From: Takakia lepidozioides
Lineage: Eukaryota > Plantae > Bryophyta
Direction: 5' to 3'
DNA length: 64,000 nt
Assembly (NCBI GenBank): GCA_030704615.1
Contig: CM060731.1
Location: 9,238,001-9,302,000 of the forward strand
Positions 49,791 to 60,472 of the stretch are shown here, in pieces; the stretch's first letter is position 1, and the number at the start of each line of letters is the position of its first letter. The notes under the pieces were generated by a model, which saw nothing but the letters and a program-made list of their open reading frames with translations, was not told the origin of the DNA and ran no database searches. The translations under genes were made by a program, and so were the position numbers.

Positions 49791-51380
49791 ATGAGGCCAA
49801 TCCCAAGGACGATTGCGTACTGAACTCTAAGCTCTGATACCAAGTGTCGCGCACCTCACTTCGGTAAGCTCCCCTTCAAGTCATAGTTACTCGCTTTGAT
49901 GCGCGCGCCTGAGTTCAATGCTCTTAACCACCCATTGCACACTTCTAAAAGGCTTCGAAACTCTTAAGGCTTAATTGTGCATCTGAGCCTAAAGACAGAT
50001 CCTGTGCCCTCTTGTGAGACCTGTTGTAGTCGATCCACTTGCGGAGGCCCTCTGATTGGACCTCTGCTGTGGTGGACCTGTGGGGCACAAGCTGACCGGT
50101 CTGGCAGAAGCCCCGCAATCCTCCATGACCCCTGAGGCGCCAACAGGTCCGGGGTTTGGTTCGGCAACAGGTCCCATCCTCCACGAACCTTGGCGCCTAC
50201 ATGGCCCCGCCCACAGGCGCCTTAAAGACCCCAATATTGTATAATGAAAAGCCCTTGAGTCTCCTTGAGTTTGTTGAAGATGAATGGGTGGAAGGTTTTT
50301 ATTGATATCAGCTCATTCATTACCAGCGAGGGGGGCTTGATCACCCGCTCAATTACCCAATTTGGAGTTTCTTCTTACCCCCCTTACATGATGGTTACTA
50401 ATTCAAGTCGTGGTGTAGCTTATTATATCACCCGGTTTTTAATTCCTGGACCACTCTCTAATCCTCACACCCCCCCTTCAAAACTGGGCCCCTTATTCAT
50501 CATTTATTGTGCAGCTATAAATTTATTATGGCATGGTGTACCGCACGTTCCTAGTTTGCGTTTGCTTGTGTAGAGCCCCTAGGTACTAGTAAATAGTAAG
50601 TTAATAAATAGTAAAACGTATGGGAAGAGAGCCCCCGGCTCTCTTTATATACCATCAGAGGGCGGTGGGACCTTCTAGATGCCCACAGACCCCTCAACGG
50701 TGGGACCCTTCTAGAAGGTTGCCCTGGGACACATGTCACCCCTAGGTGACACTTGCTTCCCCCATGGCGTGCCAACCATCCCCTATTTAATAGGTCTCAC
50801 CTTCCTATCCTTTTTCTTTTTTACCCCCTTCCACATGGCAGTTCTTAATTCAACTCGTGGTGTAGCATACTATAACCCTCGCTTTTTAATTCCTAGACCA
50901 CCCTCTAATCTTCACACCAACTTCGAACCTGGGGCCCTTATTGGTCGGTGCTTAGTGCTTACCCAACTCTAAGTGGCATCCACCCATTCTTCATAATAGT
51001 CGGTAAGGATTATAAACCTACTATTTCCTAGCAGTTCCCCCTTTCATTCAAAAAGTGAATAAAGGGTAATGGTGTAGATCAACGCACACAGAACTTTTAA
51101 TGATTTTAATCAATGCACATAGCCTAGAACCTTTCAAAATCTCAATTCCTTCCTCTACTCACATTTCATCCTCTTCTATTCATATAAGTCGAGGAAAAAA
51201 AGGTGGATAAAAGAAGAAGAGACGCCGAATTGCTATAGGATGTTGTGAGGAAGAGAAGACAGATAATTGTATCATTATCCAATAACTAATGGGACTTGAA
51301 TTTACCCATTAACCCCTGATGGACGAGCCCATTTTTGTGGACACTCCAAAACGGAACATACCCTCATGAATGAGGGTATA

Positions 51381-51665
51381 CCGTACTGACCTAGCTTATT
51401 AGGCAATGATTAACTCAAAATCAAATTAAATTTAGAACAATTTTGGAAAATGCGCCTAAAACTTGTCCAAATATGTGGAAATCATAACATTGAGGGGTGA
51501 CAGAACAAAAAAGCAGGTAACATTTATCCAAGGTCAATTGTAATACATGCCTAATGTTTGGAAATTACCTAAATGTGCTAAATAATAAAAATGAATTTGC
51601 CTAATAATATTTTATTTTTATTAATTATTAGGCGCGGAAGTGCCTAATAAGCTAGGTAAGTACGG
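51381..51665. mobile_element. 285-bp MITE, Tc1/mariner-type (25-bp TIRs, TA target duplication)
   Basis: ccgtactgacctagcttattaggca (51381-51405) and tgcctaataagctaggtaagtacgg (51641-51665) are inverted repeats with one mismatch; TA on both sides. Confidence 0.85.
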
Positions 51666-52599
51666 TATTTCTCATTTGACAAACATCCACAAGGATACCC
51701 ATATGAAAGGCACCCTACCTACTTCATCTACCTGCTATACGAATCTCATGTCATTTGAATGTGGCATTAGTAAGATTATAACAAAATTCCCAACCCAAAA
51801 TTTATACTCCAATGAGAGTGAAAAAATGGTTTGACCAAGAACTATTTTCTACCAAAATGATTTTTCATTGTCACAGGCCACCCAGGCCACCTAGATTCTG
51901 AGTATGAGGCACCTAAAGCATATTGGCCCAAAATCCCAAATCCAAAATCTCAGAAGGGTTGCTTTGTATAGAAAAAGAAGGGGGTCAAAAACACCATAAA
52001 GTACAATTGACCCCTAAATCAGCCTTAGGGTGTCCAAATTTTCATTGGAATCAGATTTGCTTTGGTCAAATTGTTTCTTGCCTGATTACTCACTACCTCC
52101 AAAAAACAAATCCATCATTCTAACCAATGTAGAGGCAGAGATTTCCATTTTTGTGAATTCCTACTTGACTCCTAACTCAAGCAATAGTTGGCCTAAGCTG
52201 ATAGACAATTCCCGCCAAAAAAAAAGGGCAACGTCAACATTTTATGACCAAATGACGGGGGACTCAAAACCGTGTATCCTAAGAAGGGCCCCGGGACGCC
52301 CTGTGTTTGGTCGTTTCAACCGACAAACGACTTGCAACCTACAGTTGTCAACCGTCTTACGTCCTTCCTATGTACATGCTTGCCACAAGCACCTGCATCA
52401 CCCCCAACCCATCAAACGTTTCATCTTGGTAACATGAGCCAAATGTAAGACAATTGCATTCATCATCGTTGTGTCCACATGAAAAAAAAACAGCTGATGC
52501 CACAACTTTTTTGTGCACAGTTGCAAGTTAAAAGGCGCCCAAAAGCTAATCTTGTACCTCTACCCCTCGCATGTACGTTTGGTATTGCATATGTGTAAT

Positions 52600-52930
52600 A
52601 CCAAAGTTTGGCCAAGTCATATAGAAGTTGGACGGAAGTGAAGTAATTGTCAGTGACAATGACATGGCCCAAACTATGGAATCTTGTGACAAGCCTACTG
52701 ACAACATCATAACCTTCTCTCTCACCACTTTTCTGCCTCTAGCCCTCAGGCCCCCGTGCACTCTTGCCACAGTAAATCGAAAAAACATAAATATATGAAG
52801 TCTCCGAGTCAGCCAACGCCCAGATTGTTATGCCCCACTTGCATGGTTTCTTCTGTTCCAAAGACTCTTACACCTATCAACGATCCCATCATAAGCCCAC
52901 CTAAGTTTTCTAAGCTTATCGAAATTGAGA
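52600..52930 (-). pseudogene. piggyBac-like transposase remnant
   Basis: KKPCKWGITIWALADSETSYIY (~52790-52853) and GHVIVTDNYFTSVQLLYDL (~52610-52672) match piggyBac KPxKxG..W.L.D and DNxFTS blocks; frameshifted. Confidence 0.75.
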
Positions 52931-53652
52931 CTGCTACAATCTACCACCGAAGCGGCGTTGTCCACAAGATGTAAATAGCGGATCAGTATGGTACCTATCT
53001 CGAGTCATAATTTTGCGAATGACAGGACAAGAAAAAACACTTCAGAGTGTTGTCAGTAACATTAAGTTTGGAGAAGCTTCTTGATGACCATAAACACATA
53101 TATACTAATTACTGTATAGCCGAGGTGAGCAAGTAGCCGATCCTTACGATTAAAAAAGCTTCAGTCCACATAGGTTGCACTCAACACTGCCAGTGGCACT
53201 GACAGTGTTCAGGATTACCATATACCAAATCCTTCATTCCTCCCTCATCTTCACCCAATATCCACTCCCCTAGGCCCTAGTGATGTAAGCAACAAAAAAC
53301 AGTCACTTATAAATGAACGTGTTGTGATTGTAGAATGCAATGCGATAGCCCAACACTTCTACACATGTCACCAACGCAAGTGGGTCGATGCGTGTTGTAG
53401 TGTTGAGCTTATACACAATTTACTGAAGTGGCTTTGGTGAAGGCCACAACGGCAAAAGGTGCGCACCCTCACCAAACTCCTCACTTCTTTTGGCGCAAAC
53501 ACTTGAGTTGTTTTGGATGTTCTCTTCCATTGAATGAAAGTGTAGTGCTCCAAGAAGGATGAAAGTGAAATGAAAGTGAAATGAATAAATGACGAACCAA
53601 TAGCGCCCACCCAAAAAAAGTGGTACAACCATATTTGTTATAATTTTAAAAT

Positions 53653-54172
53653 CAAGCGATCGTTAATACTACGGTCGTTATTTTTATTTTTTATGAAACA
53701 CAAGTGACCGCCATTATTGCGGTCGCTTGTATATTTTTAAATTTAAGCGACCGCCCGTATGGTGGTCGCTTCATTTGTTTATATATTTAAAATAAAACGA
53801 CCGCCAATATGGTGGTCGCTTTTATTCTTAATATTTATAAAAAAAACGCGACCGCCAGTTTGGCGGTCGCAAATATTGTTTTATTTTAAAATAAGCGACC
53901 ACCGGTGTGGCGGACACTTTTATTTTCATATGTCACTTGTTTTTTTTAATAATTTTGAAATTAACCGACCGGCATATGGCGGTCGCTTGTTTTATATATA
54001 TTTGCAAAATTGTGCGACCGCCAATACGGCGGTCGCTTGTTTTCTTTCAATTAGGCGACCGCCAATCTTGTTTTTTTCAAAAAATAAATTGAAGCGACCG
54101 CCAATATGGCGGTCGCTATTTCTTTTTTTATTTCAAAAAATAATGCGACCGCTAGAATTGGCGGTCGCGTTC
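53653..54172. repeat. Array of ~10 palindromes AAGCGACCGCC-N5-GGCGGTCGCTT separated by AT-only spacers
   Basis: Period about 45-50 bp. A possible CACTA-type end (ctctttgctagtg) lies at ~54391-54403. Confidence 0.85.
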
Positions 54173-54829
54173 ATTTTGTTAATTTTCAAAATGTATTTGC
54201 CACCGCCACCGTGTCGGAAACGTGGCTGCTTAAGTGGCAGTATTTTACCTAGTTTTATTTTTACCAGAATATTGCCCAAACCTGACGTGACGGAGGTCCT
54301 GTCAGCGTCAGGTCTGACGTGACCTGATGCTGACAACCGGGGTTTTGATCACCAACCTTTTTAAACCGCTTATTTCTTTTCCAATTCCCTCTCTTTGCTA
54401 GTGATTGCCAAGGAACCGTTGATCTTGGTTTGAATTCTGTCGTGACACCAGCAAAATTCGCCGAATGTCGTGCCCTCATCTCACTTTCTTACACGCAACC
54501 GATATGCTTATGTCTCGGTACGGGGGTTATGGGTTTTCACCTTGAAATTGAGAGAGTCACTCAATCCATCAACAAAAAAATCAACTCTATCCTCTTCACT
54601 CAGCGAGGGGGGAATAGCTGGCATGGGTTTGAAGCCTTGTTTTGAATTCTCCAACACTCATAATCTCCTATATTAGCCTAAACAGTTCGACCTTCATCCT
54701 ATGAGCATAATCAAGAGGGAGCTAATGGGGTAAAAAATATAGCGTCATGAACGTATCCCATATATCAATCAGTGGTTTCCTATGGCCACCTCTTTCTTGT
54801 TTTTGCCGTGACCACCATAACTTCGTGGC

Positions 54830-55345
54830 GTCACCAAGCTGCAAGGCCGCAGTCTAGAGTTTGGCCTCTTCTGAGTAGTAATCTTCAAAGAACTCCTCTA
54901 GTGTATCCGAAAAGGACAAAATCTCTTCAGGCTTCACAAAAGGTTTACCCAAAATTCTGGAAGTTTCACCATCCTTATGATCTCCCGTGTGACGTCATTG
55001 TCTCTCTTCTTTTTTGTTTCACGTATACTGGCACCATCGGATTTCCCCGATCGCCAGGGCTAGCTTCACGATTGATCATCTCAGTATTCATCATTCTTTT
55101 TTCCGTCAAGTGGGTATTTTCTGGTAGAACTTGTCGCATCTCAGTACGTATGATTGCCCAACGCTGCCATCTGTGCTTTAGAGAAGAGATGAGCTTTTTC
55201 TCTCTGGGCTACGAATTCTGTGCATCGGAATGTTCTGCCATGGCATCTTCACAATTTACCACCTCCCCTAAACAAGAGCTATTTGGCTCATACAAGAGTA
55301 CTCGTAGATCATTTTCTAAAGTATGCTCTGATACCCACTTATTAC
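54830..55345 (-). mobile_element. Possible LTR-retrotransposon 5' remnant (Met-tRNA PBS and decayed gag)
   Basis: gctctgataccc at 55325-55336 reads GGGTATCAGAGC on the minus strand. Downstream coding similarity is weak. Confidence 0.35.
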
Positions 55346-55884
55346 AATTCTTTCTCTTTTTTCATCCGAAATCCAGCTTAGATCCAATTCACATTCATTC
55401 CTACTTGACGTATTAATTCAAAGCTCTATTCACATGGTTTACAAACTTTGCTTTGTATGGATGAGGGCCCACGCCCTAGTTCATAGTAACTGTAGGGAAA
55501 ACCAACGACGATCTTTAGCCACAACAAACTAATTACAATTGCACGGTACCGGACAACTCTCTCGGCACCCCACCATTGCACCGTGCTTTTTCTCTATGCA
55601 TCATCTCGATTAAGATATGTCCAAACCAGTAGCACAACCTTCTTTTGGATTCAACTCAGCTATATTCTATTTTCAACCTCCTGAATCCCTAGCCTTTGAT
55701 CACATCTTCATACTCACAGGCTCGCCTCATCTCCACCTGCAGCTGTCAGTTCTGTACCTACCGAAACTCTAGTAGTTGCCTTCTGCATGTCCAAACTAGT
55801 TCACAATTCCAATCTTGTTCTTGGCACCTAACATCAATCATAGTCACAAACGATAGTAAAGGACTATTACCACATACCAATGTG

Positions 55885-56320
55885 CGGAATTTGACATGAC
55901 AGATATGGGTGAGATAGAATACTGTCTTGGAATACAAATTAAAAGAAACTGATAACTTAGAGTAGTTGAGTTAGCTATATGGTTGGGTAGATTGTTGAGT
56001 GATTTGGGAGATGAACAACAAGGAGTTACCATAATTGAATGCGACCATCAAAGTGTTATTGCACTTACAGAAAATCCAAATTTGCATCACGTTCTAAGCA
56101 TATTGAATTGCAGTTTCATTTTGTTGCTACTGGATAAATCCAGCTTAACTATTGTTCTACCAATGTCATGGTAGCAGATTTTTTAGCAAAGAGTTTGCCC
56201 AAGGACAAACATGAATTATGCACCAAGAAAGCCAGTGTTTTGTTTTCTTCGACTGAAGAATTAGACACTTAATAACTTAACCAATACCAACTTAGTGGGA
56301 GTGTTAAAATATGTAAGTTA
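55885..56320 (+). mobile_element. Ty1/copia remnant (RT fragment, RNaseH, PPT and LTR start)
   Basis: FDMTDMGEIEYCLGIQI joined by deletion to WLGRLLSDLG...CDHQSVIALTENP..SKHIE..MVADFLAKSL; then AGTGGGAG and TGTTAA at 56302. Confidence 0.8.
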
Positions 56321-57984
56321 GTATTAGCTAAGTTATGAGATATGAATAGCTTTTTTTTGACTTGAGCAGTCAAACTATCTAGAGAGGTTATACCCTTTCA
56401 CAAGAGGGATGCTTCTTGAACTATGTTGTAATTGAGCATGGTGGGTGTGGGTGAAACACTACAGTTGTTGTGTTTCTTGGTTGGGAGGTTCTGCCTAATA
56501 AAGAGTCTTAGTAGATTAAAGCCCGATTAAAGAATGTTACTTGTTGTTTGGGTGTATGGAGCTTGATTTTCTACATAAACCACAAAGGAGAAAAAAGAAC
56601 AGCTTCCGCAGCGCACAACCTGAAAAAAAAAGGCAACTGTGTAAGTCGCAATTGCCCAAAAATGAGCTCACAAAAGAGACCCCCTTACCAAGTCCATGTA
56701 AGCGATCAGGGCAAGAGCAATCAAAACATAAACCAAAAACCAGCAAGGAAATATGAGCACCCTATTGTCGTCATTTTGCCACCCGGTATCCTCTTTACTT
56801 CAAAAAATCTGCACAACGTTGCTTTTATCGTTTTAGGGTGCCATACATTAAGGCATTTGAGGAACTCCATGCGCTACAACTTTCATTGAGAAATGGTCTT
56901 CATCCAAGTTCATCCAACGATTCTACATTGTGGATGATTTTCGACCCGACCCGAATGTCCATTAGCGGTTAAGGCTGATATATTCCCTTTGAAAGATCAG
57001 AATTGCAAAAATCATATAGTAAGAAGGTTTTTCTCCTACAAAATCCTCAATCTGTATGTCCTACCAATACTTGGAAGCTATCCATTGGTCTCACTGCAGT
57101 CTCCCTAATAATCTTTGGGCTGAGACACACCTTTTCTGTTCTCCAACACTATTCATCAGTAGAAAGAGATTCATCCAAGAGGGCCAGATTGCAGCAATAG
57201 GGTATGTCACCCTACAAATCATGCATTCATCTTTGGCTTGCTGCTAGCAGCCATTCTTTAAGTGGGGAATAATCGCCAAATTTCGACCTCAAAGAATAAA
57301 ATAGAATATTCTACAACAAATTCCCTGTTTTTCTGGATGAAATCCTCAAACTTCTCCAAATAAACTTTTTATTATTATGTACGAATTCGCAAAATATGGA
57401 TGATATCACTGGATGAAAGTACATATGAGGATGATTCTATCCAAATTTAAATGGGTGAACAGAATATACTGCTATTTCTTGCAAAACTCAGCCACTCGTG
57501 CTATCAATTTTCCAAATTTCAAAAACAAACAGCTGGAAGACACCGGTTCATATCCCACGTTGGCGGGCTTGTGGTCCCACGTTCTGGACCTGCCTAATGG
57601 GGTTGGCAGTTGACACTTGAATCTTTCCTCACCCTAACAGGGTTTTAGAAAGCCTGGAAGAAGAAGAAGAAGAACCTGGAAGAAGAAGCTGATGCTTGGC
57701 CCTGCAGAGCATATGGCTGTAGTGGATTAGGCTAGCTTCAGGCTGGTGTCACCTGGAATCACGTTTGCTTTTGTGCTGATCCATTGGATCCCTTGGATAT
57801 TTCAAGCTTGTGGTCGCACAGATACTTCTAGGGGTCAAGTTCAGTCTGTCAAAAAATATACGTAGACAGGAACAGGGACTTGAAAATGACAAACTGACAT
57901 ATGGGGTCCAATTCAAACTGTGGGCACATCAAGCACTCGATGCCAACAAGGCTCTGGGTTCATTTCTGCAATATATAGAATGAG

Positions 57985-58204
57985 ACCAACAGTCAGTAGC
58001 TCAGTTGATTAAGTGCACTGAGTGCCACCCAGATGTGTCTGGGGTCAAATCTTGCTACTGACGGTGTGGTATGGTTCCTGGGCGGTGTCCCTCGATGGCG
58101 CATAAATGAAATAGGTTATTTTCTCCTCTCACTGTCAAGGGGCCTGATTTGTGAGCTGTCGCTCCCAGGTGTTTCCTTTAAATTAAAAAGAAAAGAAAAG
58201 AAAA
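57985..58204 (+). mobile_element. tRNA-derived SINE
   Basis: tRNA-like head 57992-58062 with stem GTCAGTA/TACTGAC, A box TAGCTCAGTTGA and B box GGTCAAATC. A-rich tail. AGAATGAG occurs on both sides (57977-57984 and 58205-58212). Confidence 0.7.
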
Positions 58205-59673
58205 AGAATGAGTTGTTATGGGGTCTCTCAGTAACCATACTGTAAAATGGGTCCAGGCCCATCTGGTAAAGAATAACTGTTGGAACTCAAAACTGCTTTC
58301 CAATTAACTACCTTCCTAAGAGAGGTTGAAAATTCAGACGTATTACCTTCAAGGAGTTAAGTTCAGATATGTAATTATATGGAGGCTTGCAGATTTCCAG
58401 GAGGATTTGAAACGTTGTCCGCTTCACCTCTACCCGCCACAATGTAACTAGGCCTTGTTCTAAATTATGTAAGTATGTATTCGTTACTGAAGGGCGATTT
58501 TTCCAGCGTGGGCCCCTGTGCTAGCGTTGAAGTCTCCTCTCCTCGAGGAAGCATCACTACTGATGAGTGGCTGCGAAAACTTGACAGTGTGCGGCTCTTC
58601 TGGTCACTTCTTCTCACGTGAGAGAGTGCAGCCTCGAAAAAAGCGGTAGTCTCCACATTAAATATCTGATACCACTGACACTGTACATTTGGAGAAACAT
58701 CCGCATTGCTTGTCAGACCGTGATCATCACCAATCCAGCCTTTTCTAACTTTATGTCTCCCGCCGAAGCAAATTGTACCTACACAACTAGCTAGTTTAGA
58801 TCCTGCTGATTTCTACTACAACTGAGATCCTCGATAGCAGAAGCAGATGCCCGCCAGAGATGCTCTGATCTCAGGTGGAAACTAACGAGAATTGTGTTCA
58901 AAGATCCATCGGCGACAACCACGGCTTGTGCCTGGCTGCCTTGCCATCATCTGCACGTCATCACAACAGCATCCATATGCAGTGGTTAGTTGAAGATTAA
59001 TAAAGCTGGCCGCAACTCAATAATAATAAGTGGCTCGAGAGGAAAAACTGGAGTAACGGACGTTTGCTATTTGTAGCCTGACCTTTGTCCTTTTATTCCT
59101 GTGGCATTTCTTTGGCGGCCGCATTGAAGACCTTTGCAGTTTTGCCTTAGTATTGTGTTAGCGATTATTTGCTAACCAAACACTCTTCATAGCTAAACTA
59201 TTGAGGAGGTAGGTACAGAGCCATGCACACTTACAATGATTATGCGGCTTAATTTGTGGTTGTGCTGATTAAACTATAATATGTACTCCGCGGATGGATA
59301 GCTGCGTTGTTTCATAAATGCGATGTACGTCGCTACATTCAAGACAAGTTGCCGCCATTCAGCAACACTTTAAACCTCGATGTGATGCTCTCCTGTCTCT
59401 CCTGTCGAGAGAAGCTCCTTTCCCCTCCTTCCCCCGAGTTCCCATGCCAGTCGTCGGTCCTCACGAGAAGATTGACTCCTGTACATCCGGAGGCATTACT
59501 GCTTCGAACAGATCAGTGAGCTTTAGGGGAGCTCTGGCATTGCCTCTTTACACCCAGCAGATTGTATATAACACGGTCCTTCCTTCTCACAGGCACCACC
59601 GAGAGTTGAGCAATTGCACACAGGGAGCTTCTGTGGTCTCGATCCCGAACTTGGTCCTCATCTTACAAGAGGG

Positions 59674-60000
59674 GGGGAGCCAAGCGTTGCTTGAGAGAGG
59701 GAGGGAGGCATTGTGTCTGTGCACGCTGCGAAATTTCGCCTTCTCTATTCAACATACGGGTCTCACGTGGTCCTTAGATCTTGTATAGGTAGGGAGAGTC
59801 AAGCATTGCTTGAGAGAGGGAGGGAGGCATTGTGTCTCTGCACACTGCGAAATTTCGTCTTCTCTTTTCAACCTACGGGTCTCACGTGGTCGTTAGATCT
59901 TGTATAGGTAGGGAGAGTTAAGCATTGCTTGAGAGAGGGAGGTAGGCGTTGGTGTCTCTGTACACTGCGAATCGTCTTTTCTTCTCAATACACGGGTCTT
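59674..60000. repeat. ~118-bp tandem repeat, about 3 copies, upstream of the SUVH4-like gene
   Basis: Recurrent aagcattgcttgagagagggagggaggcattgtgtctctgcacactgcgaa...cgggtctcacgtggtc.ttagatcttgtataggtaggg. Confidence 0.9.
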
Positions 60001-60472
60001 TCTTGTTACGCACAATCCAAGTGAAGTCGTCTTATCTTGGGGAGGTGAATCTCGTGAATGACAGGGTGAAGGTTCTGCGCAGCTCCGTTTGCTGCGTTGG
60101 AGTGTCCGGCAATCTTGCACACGGGAAGGGCAAGGGGAGTCATTGATCCTAAGCACTTCACGTGGATGAATACTAGCCAAATGTCCCTCAATCTGCATGC
60201 ACAAGAAGTGCATGAAGAGTGATCGGTTGTGCACAGATAAAGCGGACTAGATTAGTGAAGGGAGGAGTATGAGTCGGGATTAATGTGACTGGAATCTTGC
60301 ACCCACTGAAAAGCCAAGGGGACTGTTGGCACATGAGGTGGATTGAGTGATAGGTGACATAGAGTGAGCTTTTGTTTGCAGTCTCCAGTCTTCCATCAAG
60401 CTGAGCTGATCCCAGTAGGAGTACAACACATCTGATCACACAGTATTCGTTTGCATTCGGAAGGTTTCCACC

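Larger units (their letters stand above)
43603..49910 (-). mobile_element. Chromoviral Ty3/gypsy LTR retrotransposon; full 3' LTR, 5' LTR truncated to 66 bp
   Basis: LTR 43603-45201 (TG...CA) next to PPT GGGGGAGGAAA (45202-45212, minus). 49845-49910 repeats 43603-43668 with one mismatch. Met-tRNA PBS TGGTATCAGAGC at 49831-49842 (minus). Confidence 0.92.

Noticed and set aside
51640-51672. PNKLGKYGI as a piggyBac motif
   Set aside because: It is the translation of the MITE's right TIR and lies on the opposite strand from the real piggyBac remnant.
53653-54172. CRISPR array
   Set aside because: Spacers are short low-complexity A/T runs and the repeats are degenerate palindromes typical of TE subtermini.
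54772-55416. 214-aa plus-strand ORF
   Set aside because: Non-ATG start, no motif, and it overlaps a probable minus-strand retroelement remnant.
57992-58062. Functional tRNA gene
   Set aside because: D, anticodon and T arms pair imperfectly; it is followed by a body, an A-rich tail and a TSD, as in a SINE.
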